NCBI GenBank assembly: GCA_965237955.1
Contig: OZ250169.1
Coordinates: 5,216,001-5,280,000 of the forward strand
Source of the DNA: Candidatus Marinacidobacterales bacterium
GTDB taxonomy: Bacteria; Acidobacteriota; Vicinamibacteria; Marinacidobacterales; SMYC01
Reading direction: 5' to 3'
Length of the DNA: 64,000 nucleotides
The notes below the pieces were generated by a model. That model did no database searches. It saw only the letters and a list, made by a program, of their open reading frames with translations, and was not told the DNA's origin. The position numbers were made by a program, and so were the translations under genes. Shown here piece after piece: positions 22,157 through 32,067 of the stretch (positions are counted from its first letter, which is position 1; every line of letters begins with the position of its first letter).

Positions 22157-22265
22157 AGCATTCGCCGGCAGTACAAGCACGACATCAGGCCCGGTGCCGG
22201 TTTTGTGGAGCGACGCCGTGAGTAAGAAATACCCGAACGCCAGGGAACGGGGCTCGTGGCAGTAA
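22157..22265 (+). pseudogene. intI: Integron integrase (IntI) internal remnant
   Basis: Translates SIRRQYKHDIRPGAGFVE/(frameshift)/DAVSKKYPNARERGSWQ*, matching the IntI-specific insertion HxxDLxxGxGxVxLPxALxRKYPNAxxxWxWQ. Confidence 0.65.
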
Positions 22266-22938
22266 CCAGAGATCTATTCAAATCTGTTCAACAAGGCGAT
22301 TTGGCGGGTTCACTCGTGGCAGCGCGAAAAATCCCAAATCGAGGGACTGGTCGAAAAACTCGCCTTATATTACGTGGAACCTAAAACCAGTTCCGATTGC
22401 GTGAGCGGCCGGTGGTGGATCTGAAGGTCTTCGCGTCTTGGGCAACCAAGCCTTGCGAGAGCCAAGCAAGCTGGAGCGTTGCGCGGCCGCGGAAAGTCGC
22501 CTAGCTGCAGAAGGAGGCGATGCGGTAGGTTGAGTTGCTAGAAGGGCGAACACGGTCGAGGCCCAGGGCAGGGAACAGTCGTGACAATTCGTCGTTGAGG
22601 ACCAAACTGAAACTAGTCGAGGGTACGTTTTTGTACGGTGAGCTCCACCGGAACTGACGCCTGTGGAGAGGAAGGCTCTGGCTCAAACGGAACGCTTTGA
22701 GTGAAACCTGTCCATCGTCAAAACTCGTCCGTCCTTGAAATCAGGCACTTACACCGACCCAAGCCTGGGCTAAGAGCTGGTGCTCCCGCTTGAGATTCCG
22801 CCGTGGGAAGGGCAAAATCCCGCTATGCCGCGTGTAACAGGTGTATGTTCGGTAAAGACACCGTTCTGGCTGAAGAGGCAAACAGCATACGTAGAATTGC
22901 CGTACTAATTAATTACTTAAGAAGGATCAGGGTGACGC

Positions 22939-22966
22939 CGCTCGCAGCTGACCCGGGCCGTTGAGC
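22939..22966 (-). repeat. Half attC site (left arm only), opposite orientation to the main array
   Basis: Minus strand GCTCAAC (RYYYAAC) GGCCCGGGTCAGCTGCGAGCG; no partner arm found. Confidence 0.35.
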
Positions 22967-23194
22967 GTACGATAGCGCTTTTCGCAGATCCCATGCGAGA
23001 GCCTGCACCGTGCGGGTGCTTTCTCTCATCCACGGGTACGGCTCCCCCCACGTCGGTTCCTACCTAGCCGCTCAGCCGCCGCCACCAGCCTTTCGACGCC
23101 GCTGAGCCACACAGCTTCAATGTCCGTTGGCTAGGCAAAAATAAACGGGAACGCTCATGTGGCGGGCCGCAGCGCCTTGTCACGCCGCATCGTC

Positions 23195-23777
23195 TCACTT
23201 GCGGACATAGGGACTTGACGGGTAGGTGGGCTCTTCACGGTCGAACTCGCTCAGGAACGGTTCTTGAACGCGCTTCCACTGCTCTAGGATGGTGCGACGA
23301 GCCTTTGCTGCAGCTTGCATGTCAAACTTTTGACCGAAGGCGAGATCTGAGATCTCCTTTCGAATGCTCTTAATCTCTTCGAATGGGTAGAGGCCGCGAA
23401 CGTCGGGCCCTTCGCCGATGTTCTTGAAGGCGCCCCGTATCTCGTCGATTACCGTACTCATCGACGTGAGCACGTCGCCATACTGCGTCTGCGTTGGGTG
23501 TTCGAGATGGGTGTATTGAAAGCATTGCTGGACTGCTGAGTTGATCTGGCTCCAGAGAGCCCGGAGGTGCTGAAGGTAGGCCAAAGCGCCGCGAGAAGCA
23601 ATAGCCCAGCCAGGCAGCGGGAATCGCGATGACGAACGGAATAAGATCCTTGAATGCTCCGTAGACCGGATCATCGGGTTTCGGAAATTGGGATTTCAAG
23701 ACGATGCCTGCCACAATGGCAGCGGCGTATGTCCCGATTACCGCAAACACCCAGAAAGACAGCCAACGTTTCGTCAC
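23195..23777 (-). pseudogene. Hypothetical two-TM membrane protein (cassette-like), frameshift ~23585
   Basis: VTKRWLSFW...IAIPAAWLGYCFSRR continues as LAYLQHLRALW in the adjacent frame. Confidence 0.6.
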
Positions 23778-23816
23778 TCGATAAGCCCAGCTAGAATCGG
23801 CGACAAGACCGTCACC

Positions 23817-25004
23817 TAGTCCCATGGAACAGAAAAAGCTAGACAACACCGGCCCTTCTGTGATCTGCTAAATGCATGAAACACAAGGGCCGGCGAAAAG
23901 CCGAATTGAAGCTGTCGTCTCAAGAAAGCGAAGCGCTGACGCGACTGGCGCGACGCAGCCGTAGTTCGCCGCACCAAGCCTTCCGAGCGAAGATCGTGCT
24001 GGATTGCGCGGCGGGTCTGACGAATATGGAAGTTGCTAGGAAGATGCACACCATGAGGAGCACGGTGGGCAAGTGGCGAAGACGCTTTGTAGAACAACGA
24101 ATGGAAGGGTTGTACGACGAACCTCGGCCGGGAGCGGCTCGCAAAATCGGCGATGACCAGATCGAGGAAGTCGTGACCAAGACGCTGGAGACGACTCCAA
24201 AGGGGAGAACCCATTGGAGTACGCGCTCGATGGCCAAGCATCTTGGGCTGAGTCATTCGACGATTGGACGTATTTGGCGAACGTTCGGGCTTCAACCGCA
24301 CCGCTCGGAATCGTTTCGTCTCTCGCAAGACCCACAACTGGTCGAAAAAGTACGCGACGTTGTTGGCCTGTATATGAACCCACCGGATAACGCGGTCGTC
24401 CTGTGCGTCGACGAGAAATCGCAGATTCAAGCGCTCGAGCGTGCTCAACCTGTCCTGCCCATGAGCTTGGGCCAGCCCGAGCGACAAACCCACGACTACA
24501 TTCGGCATGGAACGACTGACCTGTTTGCCGCACTCGACGCCGCAACAGGTGAAGTCTTCGGAAAGTGCTACGCGCGACATCGAGCGCTAGAGTTCAAGAA
24601 GTTCCTCGCTGAGATCGAAGCAGCCGTTCCCAGCGAGTTGGACATCCACGTCGTGCTCGACAATCTCGCCACGCACAAGACACCGGCGATCAAACGCTGG
24701 CTTTCCAAGCGACCTCGGTTCCACTTTCACTTTCACACCGACACACGCCTCTTGGCTCAACTTCGCTGAGCGCTTCTTTGGCTTGCTCACCGAACACGCC
24801 TTGCGACGAGGCTCGCACACGAGCGTGCCTCAGCTCCGCGTTGCGATACAAGACTATCTCGATGCTCACAACGAGAACCCAAAGCCGTTCAAGTGGACGA
24901 AATCCGCCGACCAAATCCTCGAAACCATCGCTCGGTTTGCCCAGCGAACGCTCGATACACATGGCAAATCGAATTTGGACAGTAATTAAAGATCCAGGGG
25001 ACTA
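23817..25004 (+). mobile_element. IS630-family insertion sequence
   Basis: Ends CTAGTCCCATGGAAC / GATCCAGGGGACTAG (imperfect IR); TA within CTAG at both ends. Confidence 0.9.
23876..24989 (+). pseudogene. IS630 transposase with a one-base frameshift at ~24731
   Basis: [30 protein letters not shown]; [16 protein letters not shown] restored by removing one base. Confidence 0.9.
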
Positions 25005-25098
25005 GTGAACCGTGGCCTTATACCACGATAATGATTCCAACTCCGAACGATCGCTCTACGCGGCGCTTTGGAATGTGCTCAACCGCAATCCCGGGGAC

Positions 25099-25179
25099 GC
25101 CCAACTGCGCATGCAGCTGTCGGCGCCGTTCATGCTACCCTCCAAGGGTCAGCGGCCGCAGCTGATGCTGACGTTATTC
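25099..25179 (+). repeat. attC site (81 bp)
   Basis: GCCCAAC...GCATGCAGCTGTCGGC / GCCGCAGCTGATGC...GTTATTC imperfect palindrome with extrahelical bases. Confidence 0.8.
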
Positions 25180-25285
25180 AGTCTCGAAGAAATTCTCTCA
25201 AGATCGAATCGTCGAAAGCGCGGCGATGATCACGATCTCACCCCGAGCTCATTTCGATGAGGCTTTGCCCCACGAGAGCTCGGCT

Positions 25286-25395
25286 GTATAACCGAGCACT
25301 GGAGCAGTCGGCCCGGCAGGCCGTCTGCTTCACTGGAAAAAAGCGTGTATGCTCAGATCCACGGCGCCGGGCCGCAGCTCAGCGCTACGTTAGAT
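25286..25395 (+). repeat. attC site (110 bp)
   Basis: GTATAAC...CTGGAGCAGTCGGCCCGGC / GCCGGGCCGCAGCTCAG...GTTAGAT. Confidence 0.88.
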
Positions 25396-25411
25396 TTTCA
25401 CTCGAGGCAAA

Positions 25412-26106
25412 TTGAGCGTAGATCGTGAAGCGATCCGAAAGCGGAACTTGGCCTACCTGACGAACGTGGGTTTCAAGGCCGCCGATTCGTTGCCGCTCGG
25501 ACCACCGTCTGGGGTCGAAACCACCGGTCTTCGCTCGACTGCGGAGGTGGCAGGTCGGCTTTGGGCGCTAGAGTTACTCTTTCTCTATGCGGCCGACCGA
25601 GACGACGTTGCATCCGGAGAGATTGACATTGAAGACGTTCTTGCCAACTGCGACGCTCAAGCGTACCTCACTGAGGACGAAGGGAAGATACTGGGAGTCC
25701 CGCGCAAGTTAGCGATCGCTCATCACAGCAATCTCATCGGTTGGAAACTTGAGAACATGCTGCCGCTCGCCTGGTTGATGGGTTTCGACACCTCGCCCTC
25801 AGTGGATGGGGAAATGATCGCTGGAGACACTACTGAGGCATTGTTAGCGTTTCTACCTTGGCAACGTTTGACTCTGTCTGAGTGGGCCCGCAATGTTCAG
25901 TTTCGCTCCTTGGAAGACGTGCTGGCAATGGAGGACCTATTCTATTGCGCGCACAACGCGGTGCGGAGCGCTCAACTCGGCTCCACACGGTCCCCGATGG
26001 TTTCCATCCTGTCGTGAACGGCGGAGTCATTCACGAACGAAGACATTCCCTCACATGGGCGCTCTCACCCGGTGTGTCGTGGGACGAGACGGATTTGAGC
26101 ACGTGA
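25412..26106 (+). pseudogene. DUF4272-like gene cassette, frameshift ~25985
   Basis: WKLENMLPLAWLMG...DLFYCAH...VIHERRHSLTW...WDETDLST; cassette bounded by complementary GTTAGAT and ATCTAAC. Confidence 0.75.
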
Positions 26107-26107
26107 A

Positions 26108-26214
26108 ATCTAACATTAGCTGAAGCAGGCGGTCGGCACGATCGTCTGCATGACACGAAGCGGCGCTTATGTTTCAATCTACGTGGCCGACCGCTGCTTA
26201 GCGCTACGTTATCC
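26108..26214 (+). repeat. attC site (107 bp)
   Basis: ATCTAAC...GCTGAAGCAGGCGGTCGGC / GCCGACCGCTGCTTAGC...GTTATCC. Confidence 0.88.
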
Positions 26215-26725
26215 CGATATGAGCTATGGACATAGACATCAAGGCTAAAGCAACTTCCGGAGAACTGGAGGTCTAAGATATCATCGAGGTGGCGCATTCT
26301 CGCGACCCTAAGTGCGTATTCCAGCCATCGTGAACGCCGAATCCAGAGCAAGCTGAACAGCGAATCCGGTGAAGCCGAACGCTCATCGAAGCGATGAAGT
26401 GTTGGGTGACCTCCTTCCCACTGATTGAAAACGTGAACCTATCTTACCTGCGTGTTGTGTAGCAAGGGGCGGCAGGTCGGTGCCGGAGGGAGCGGGCGTA
26501 AGGAAAGACGCGAAGCGACCTTCCCGCTCCCGTAGGCAGCGACCTGCCGCGGCCGAACCCCGGGCGATGTGGGGCTGGTTTCGGGGGGTTGCTTGGGGTA
26601 TGGCCTGGCTCGAGAAGACGCTTCCTGAGGCATTCTCGCGCGTCGTTTTGGCGCCGCATCGTCTGGCCCCGGGTTTGGCGGTTTCACCCGTTTTTATCGC
26701 ATCGACGCTGTGGTCCCTCGCTCGC

Positions 26726-27457
26726 TCATGCATCGGCGTTGTCAAATGCCTTTGGCGCAGCCTTGGTCTTTCTCAGAGAAGCTCCTTTGAGAGTGATGCG
26801 GTGCGCGCTGTGGAGAATGCGATCGCAGATAGCGTCTGCCTGGTTTGGGTCGCCAATCGCTTCGTGCCACTGCTTGAGCGGAATCTGGGTCGCGATGAGT
26901 GTGGAGCCACGCTCGGCGCGGTCTTCGATGACCTCCATTAGATCCCGTCTCTCCGATTCTTTCAGCGGGTGAAGCAGCTTGGCGAGTTTCGTCAAAAGCC
27001 GGGCGTAGGAACCATCACCACGAGCGACCGCGAGCTCGTGGAGCAAGCGCGGTGCTCGCACGTAGCATCCGGTGAAGCCGCGACGACAGGCCCGCTCCAC
27101 GAAGGCGCAAGCCAAGAACGATTTACCAATCCCCGTCGGGCCGGTGATGAGCAGGTTATGGCGCTCACCGACAAAGCGGCAGTTGCCCAGGCTCAAGATC
27201 TGTTCGCGGTTTAAGCCTCGAGGCGCTTGGAAGTTCACGTTCTCCAAACATGCCGGATAGCGGAGCTTTGCCGCTCGCAGTCGTCGAGAAAGCTTACGCT
27301 GTTCGCGGGCGGTCCACTCGGCATCGACCAGGAGTCCCACACGTTCCTCGAAGCTCAGCTCCTTGTATTCGCTCGAGCTCAACTGGGTTTCGAACGCGGA
27401 CACCAAGCCGAACAACTTCATGGCGTTCATCTTTTCTATCGTTTCGGGTGTCAGCAT
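26726..27457 (-). CDS. istB: IS21 helper ATPase IstB (Walker B missing)
   Basis: GPTGIGKS, ARGDGSY, ADAICDRI; the expected LLxxDD segment after LAKL is absent. Confidence 0.9.
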   Translation of the reverse strand: MLTPETIEKMNAMKLFGLVSAFETQLSSSEYKELSFEERVGLLVDAEWTAREQRKLSRRLRAAKLRYPACLENVNFQAPRGLNREQILSLGNCRFVGERHNLLITGPTGIGKSFLACAFVERACRRGFTGCYVRAPRLLHELAVARGDGSYARLLTKLAKLLHPLKESERRDLMEVIEDRAERGSTLIATQIPLKQWHEAIGDPNQADAICDRILHSAHRITLKGASLRKTKAAPKAFDNADA

Positions 27458-29007
27458 CGGGACTCTCCTCCTTCGTAGTGATCCGCGCCTCGGATGTTCT
27501 CGTGCTCCTCTCGCGGTTTCGCTTCGGCGTCCGATTCGAGCACCACACGATCCAGACCAGCCGAGAGAATGTTTTTCACCGTGCGATAGCTGTAAGAGCT
27601 CAAAGCTTCCGCTCGTGCGCAAGCGGCCTCGAGACGCTCACTGCCCCAGCGGCTGCCTAGTCGCATGACTCCCAGGCAAGAGCGAAATCCCTGCTCCGGG
27701 TGAGGCCGACTCTCTAGAATCCCCGCAACCAGCCTTCCCGTGGCGCGACCTGACTGCTCCGCCCAGTGGAGCAGCCGCGACGGCGTCCACTCCAGGTGCT
27801 CCCGATGCGAACGTGGCATATGCTCCGGGTTCGTGGAGTAGTGCCCCTTTCCTTTCTTGCGGGGATGCGACGCGACGCGCTTTCCCTTGAACAGGACCTC
27901 CACCACCGAGGCCGTCACCCGTGCCTCGACTTTCTCGTGAATGAGCTGATAGGGAACGCTGTACAAGTTGTTCTCCACCTCCACGTGGTAGTCGATGTTC
28001 ACTCTGCACCGCTTCCACGTCGATAACTCGTAGCTCTCCTGCGGTAGCGGTTTCAGTACGGGCCGGTCTAGCCTTTCGTACAACTCCCGCCGACTCACAC
28101 CGAGCTTCTGCATCGGACGCGCATTCAGGACCTCTAACTTCTCCCAGATGGCTTCGTTCAGTTCCGCCAGGCTGAAGAACGTGCGATGACGAAGCACCGC
28201 CAGGATCCAGCGCTGCGCCACCTGCACTGCCGACTCCACCTTCGCTTTGTCTTTCGGCTTGAACACCCGAGCCGGGACCACAACCGCACCGTAATGCGTC
28301 GCCAGCTCTTCGTACGTCCGGTTGATCCCTGGCTCGTAACGGTCCACCAAATCCACGCCGCTCTTCAAGTTGTCCGGAACCCAGATCTCCGTACTGCCAC
28401 CGAAGTAATCCGACATCCCCTTATGGGCCTTCGCCCACGATTCCAGCGACTGGTTCAGTGTCGCTTCGACGTAGGTGTAACTGCTCGCGCCCAACGTCCC
28501 GACGAACAGCTCCATTTCGACGAGCTCTCCCGTTTTCGGATCGACGATGTGAGGCTTCTTCCCCGAAAAATAGACGAATGTCTTCTCGCCTGCTCGATGC
28601 CGTTGACGCATCGTCGGGTTCAGCTTCTTCTTCCACTGACCGTACAGCTCGCAATAACGGCTGTAGCCGTACGCTCCCGGCTTATTCTCCGCGTACTCCA
28701 CCCACAGCTGCAGCAACGTCAGCTCTCGGTGACGCCTCAGCTCCTCGTGGATGTGGGCATAGTCCAGACCCGGCCGTGCGCCAGACGAGCCCGGCGGCGG
28801 AAACAGCCCTGCCTCCAGCTCCCCGTCGCTCAGCTCCTCCGGGAGCGGCCAGCTCAGGCCACCCTTCTTCGCCTTGGCCAGGTACTCACTCACCGTTCCA
28901 ACCGCCACGCGAAGTGCCTTTGCGATCATGCGGTGAGTAAAACCCAGCTCGTACTTTAACCTTAGAACCTCTCGTATTTTTCTCATCGATAACCTCTTAG
29001 CTGCCAT
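27451..29007 (-). CDS. istA: IS21 transposase IstA
   Basis: MRKIREVLRL, VPDNLKSGV, PKDKAKVESAV; FVYFSG where FVD is expected. Confidence 0.95.
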   Translation of the reverse strand: MAAKRLSMRKIREVLRLKYELGFTHRMIAKALRVAVGTVSEYLAKAKKGGLSWPLPEELSDGELEAGLFPPPGSSGARPGLDYAHIHEELRRHRELTLLQLWVEYAENKPGAYGYSRYCELYGQWKKKLNPTMRQRHRAGEKTFVYFSGKKPHIVDPKTGELVEMELFVGTLGASSYTYVEATLNQSLESWAKAHKGMSDYFGGSTEIWVPDNLKSGVDLVDRYEPGINRTYEELATHYGAVVVPARVFKPKDKAKVESAVQVAQRWILAVLRHRTFFSLAELNEAIWEKLEVLNARPMQKLGVSRRELYERLDRPVLKPLPQESYELSTWKRCRVNIDYHVEVENNLYSVPYQLIHEKVEARVTASVVEVLFKGKRVASHPRKKGKGHYSTNPEHMPRSHREHLEWTPSRLLHWAEQSGRATGRLVAGILESRPHPEQGFRSCLGVMRLGSRWGSERLEAACARAEALSSYSYRTVKNILSAGLDRVVLESDAEAKPREEHENIRGADHYEGGESRC

Positions 29008-29879
29008 TTCCTAGATCGTCCTCCTTCCGGGTACGACCTAGAGTTGCCTTGAAACGTGCTATCGATGAGCGTTCGCGATGCCGGAACCGGCGTTCACCTT
29101 CCCCGGAATCCGTGTTCACGATGCTTTGGAATGGATGTTCACCTTCGGCTGGAATCTGCGTTCACGATGCCCCGGAATACGCACCTAAGCTAGCGGAGCT
29201 ATTTGACGAACTCACGGAGTCGTTTGATTGGCCGGAGTCGAACATCGTCGCCGGACGTCATGTTGTCCCATTCGGGCGGTGGACCCGTGTAGCCAGCGTC
29301 TTTATTCGCGGTGGCTATTCTGCGTTGGTGGAATTGGCTGTCCCTTCAGGAGCACCAAGTGACGATTTCCCATTCTGCCTTTCATTTCTAGAAAAGTACA
29401 AGACTCCTGAATCCGTCGAGGCTATCGTGACGATCATCGAGATCCTTCAGGCCAAACGGTCCCGGACGGCTGAAGCCAGACGAAAAACCACGGAGTCGAT
29501 TAACCTGCTGCTGTCTTTCAAAGACTCGCCCGCTCCATCTAACGGTCAGGAGAGTACTGTAAGGTCCTTTCTGCACGACAACCTTCGTGAAGCAACGACG
29601 ACCAGCGACCGAGCGGTCATTATGTGTGCGCTCCGCGGTGTGGGTAACGAGCAGTCTCTCAAGCTCGTGGGGAACGCTGGCCCACTTGATTCACCTTGGG
29701 AAGATGTGCCGGCGACCGTGAAACGCACGATACGCAGGCGCCTTCGCAACACTGAATTGTGTTGAGCAGGAACCACAGGGAAAAGGACTTTTGAAGAAAC
29801 GGGATAACAATCATATCTGGACTCCTCCAGTCAAGCTCCTTTCTTAAGAAATCTTTCCTCGAAGCTGCGCGTCCGTCGC

Positions 29880-30075
29880 GTGTCGTGACGAGTGGGTCAG
29901 ACTGCAAACGTATCTTCGGCCTCTTGATTGGAGCTCTGTTTGGCTCCGGGCCATGATGGAAATCCACACGCGGGGAGCCAATCGCTGCAAAGGCCTCTGA
30001 GGGCCACGATTGTTATCGGCTTGCTCCCGCGCCGGTCCGACCGGTACGCCATCATAGCAATGGGTATCGTCGCAG
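29880..30075 (-). ncRNA. Putative bridge RNA / seekRNA (ends approximate)
   Basis: Two stem-closed internal loops: GAUAACAAUC + GCAGCGAUUG match the two strands of the attC target; CCAUCAU + AGAUACG match the element circle junction. Confidence 0.75.
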
Positions 30076-30117
30076 CCTCGGTCCGAAGGGAAAATGGAAA
30101 ACACGAAAGTAAACCCT

Positions 30118-31152
30118 CTAAGCGGCCACGGGCACCGACTGGAATTCACCCTCACGGGTCGAGACGGCCCAGACGATCCGGGCGAGTTTGTTGGCGACAG
30201 CAATGGCGGCCTTGTTGTGTCCCCGCGAGCGGTGGACCTTCCGGGCCCAGGCGCGGAGCTTGTCGGGCGGGCTCTTACTGACGTTGGCCGCTCGGAGCAC
30301 GGCGCGCCCCCCGTGGGTGAGGAGCATACGGAGGTAGGAGTCGCCACGCTTGGTGATGCGTCCGAGGCGGCGAATGTCGCCACTGGAGTTTTCCTTGGGA
30401 ACCAGGCCGAGGTAGCTCGAGAAGCGGCGCCCCGATGGGAAGCGGCGAAGATCGCCGACGAAGCCGACGATGGCGGTCGCGGTAAGAATTCCGATGCCGG
30501 GGATGGTGAGAAGTCTTTGGACCTCAGGGAGTTGTTTGGTGAGCGCCTTGAGCTCGTGCTCGATGCCTGTGGTCTTGTTCTTGAGCTCTCGAATCTCGGA
30601 GCAGGCATCACGGAGGTGCGAGCGGAGCACGTCGGGCAAATCAGAATCAGTGTCGTCGACGAGCTCGGAGACAGCGGGTACGACGAAGTGAGCGCCCTTG
30701 GGGATGAAGAATCCGAGCTCGCGCAGGAGCCCGCGTACGGCATTGATGCGTGCGGTCCGTGTGGAGAGCCATCCTGAGCGCAGGCGATGAAGCGCGGCGA
30801 GGGTATGCTGGTGCACGGACTTGATGGGCACGGAAAGAATCTCCTCGTTCCTGTAGGCCTCGAGCAACGCTTTCGTGTCGGCACGGTCGTTCTTGCTCCC
30901 GCGTCGATAGGGCCTCACGACGTGAGGTGGGAGTAGGACGACGTCGTGTCCCAACCTTCGCAACGTCCTCGCCCAGAAGTGAGCAGAGCCGCAGGCTTCG
31001 AGAAGCACCGTGGCAGCGCTCTGTTTGGCAAAGAACGACACCAACTTGGGTCGACTCACACGGAGTTGCTTGGACACCTTCCCCACTTCGCGCGAAATGG
31101 CGATCTCGAAGACGTTCTTTGCAAGATCCACAGCGATCGTCGTATCTTTCAT
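30118..31152 (-). CDS. IS110/IS1111 DEDD recombinase (intact)
   Basis: AVDLAK, LLEACG, KNDRAD, SYLGLVPKENSSG, GRITKRGD.YLR, AVANKLAR. Confidence 0.95.
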   Translation of the reverse strand: MKDTTIAVDLAKNVFEIAISREVGKVSKQLRVSRPKLVSFFAKQSAATVLLEACGSAHFWARTLRRLGHDVVLLPPHVVRPYRRGSKNDRADTKALLEAYRNEEILSVPIKSVHQHTLAALHRLRSGWLSTRTARINAVRGLLRELGFFIPKGAHFVVPAVSELVDDTDSDLPDVLRSHLRDACSEIRELKNKTTGIEHELKALTKQLPEVQRLLTIPGIGILTATAIVGFVGDLRRFPSGRRFSSYLGLVPKENSSGDIRRLGRITKRGDSYLRMLLTHGGRAVLRAANVSKSPPDKLRAWARKVHRSRGHNKAAIAVANKLARIVWAVSTREGEFQSVPVAA

Positions 31153-31392
31153 TCGGACTCCTCCTTTTTCGATGCGATGATTCGACTGACTTTGGCACAT
31201 TGATGCCGTCTAGGTCAGAGGAGGAGTCCATCCCATCACTGGAGCAGACGGCCCGGCAAGCCTCCTGCTTCATCGGAACGAAAAAAGCTAGTATGCTCGG
31301 ACTTACGTCACCGGGCCGCAGCTCAGCGGTGACGTTATACGGTCATGAATGGCTATCCAAGCGATTTCAACGCTCTGAGGAGGAGACGAACG

Positions 31393-31995
31393 ATGCGCCA
31401 CTTGATAATCGCAGTCGTTTTGATTGGTTCCGCAGCGTGTACCGAAGAGCCTGCCACGCAGGCTACTCGCGAGCAGGAGGCGACGTCACCGTTGCCGACT
31501 CCCGTGGAGGGGTTCATTCTCAAGGTAGGAGGCGGTGAACCACTGCTGAACGGCATCGTCGTTAAGGCTTTGCCGAAGACCGGGACGATGGGCTCTATTC
31601 TAGTGGAGCAAACTTTCCAGAGGGGCGGGACAACGAATCTCCACATTCACGACCAAGGCGACGAGCTTTTCTATGTCGTGTCAGGTCGCGGCACGGCGAC
31701 GCTGGGCGATCAAAGCGAAGTGATTGAACCTGGTGACGTTATTTTTGTGCCGAGGAGCGCAGTTCACCGCATCTCGAACCTCGAGAATGACGAGCCTCTA
31801 ACGGTAGTTTTTTTCATGGACAGTCCGGAGTTGGTCGAGGAGTTTCGCGCGATTCACAATCGTGTTACTTCAGAACCGGATCGGCCGATTACGCCCGAAG
31901 AGAGGGCGCGATTCGGGATCGTATTGGTGGTTCCAGGGCGGTTCATTGAAGCATGTGGAACCGGCGATTTGTGTGGACATGGGATCGTTCACTAG
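31393..31995 (+). CDS. Cupin-domain lipoprotein gene cassette; C-terminus probably chimeric
   Basis: Lipobox SAAC; HIHDQGDELFYVVSG and PGDVIFVP..VH cupin motifs; RBS AGGAGA; starts just after the attC GTT. Confidence 0.75.
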   Translation: MRHLIIAVVLIGSAACTEEPATQATREQEATSPLPTPVEGFILKVGGGEPLLNGIVVKALPKTGTMGSILVEQTFQRGGTTNLHIHDQGDELFYVVSGRGTATLGDQSEVIEPGDVIFVPRSAVHRISNLENDEPLTVVFFMDSPELVEEFRAIHNRVTSEPDRPITPEERARFGIVLVVPGRFIEACGTGDLCGHGIVH

Positions 31996-32067
31996 AGCCG
32001 AGTGCGCCAGTGCTATGCAGCAGTTCTTGACGCACGTTAACGGAAATGGGCGGCGCGTTGAGAGCCC

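Larger units (their letters stand above)
26313..29183 (-). mobile_element. IS21-family element (2871 bp)
   Basis: IRs TGCGTATTCC...CATCGTGAACGC at both ends; 6-bp target duplication CCTAAG (26307-26312, 29184-29189); repeated GTTCAC/GTGAAC boxes near the ends. Confidence 0.95.
26226..29765 (+). pseudogene. Hypothetical cassette gene split by IS21 (26226-26312 + 29190-29765), with an internal TAA
   Basis: Removing the IS and one CCTAAG restores MDIDIKAKATSGELEV*DIIEVAHSRDPKLAELFDEL... in one frame. Confidence 0.75.
29814..31238 (-). mobile_element. IS110-family, IS1111-group element inserted in attC
   Basis: Sub-terminal IRs TGGACTCCTCC (29818-29828) / GGAGGAGTCCA (31220-31230); shared core ATCA at both junctions; long non-coding region 3' of the transposase. 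Confidence 0.92.
29802..31340 (+). repeat. attC site interrupted by the IS1111 element (29802-29813 + 31239-31340)
   Basis: GGATAAC complements the cassette start GTTATCC; after the IS the sequence resumes CTGGAGCAGACGGCCCGG...CCGGGCCGCAGCTCAG...GTTATAC, highly similar to attC 25286-25395. Confidence 0.88.

Noticed and set aside
22846-22866. GTTC...GTTC as a LexA box near the putative integron promoter
   Set aside because: The spacing is 12 nt, not the GTTC-N7-GTTC known for Alphaproteobacteria and Acidobacterium.
24720-24750. Programmed frameshift in the IS630 transposase
   Set aside because: The shift lies late in the catalytic domain rather than between the HTH and DDE parts, and there is no A-rich slippery run. 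It looks like a one-base insertion.
29067-29183. Regularly spaced GTTCAC...GGAAT repeats resembling a mini CRISPR array
   Set aside because: The period is ~24 bp with no unique spacers, it is mirrored at the other IS end, and there are no cas genes. These are IS21 terminal transposase-binding repeats.
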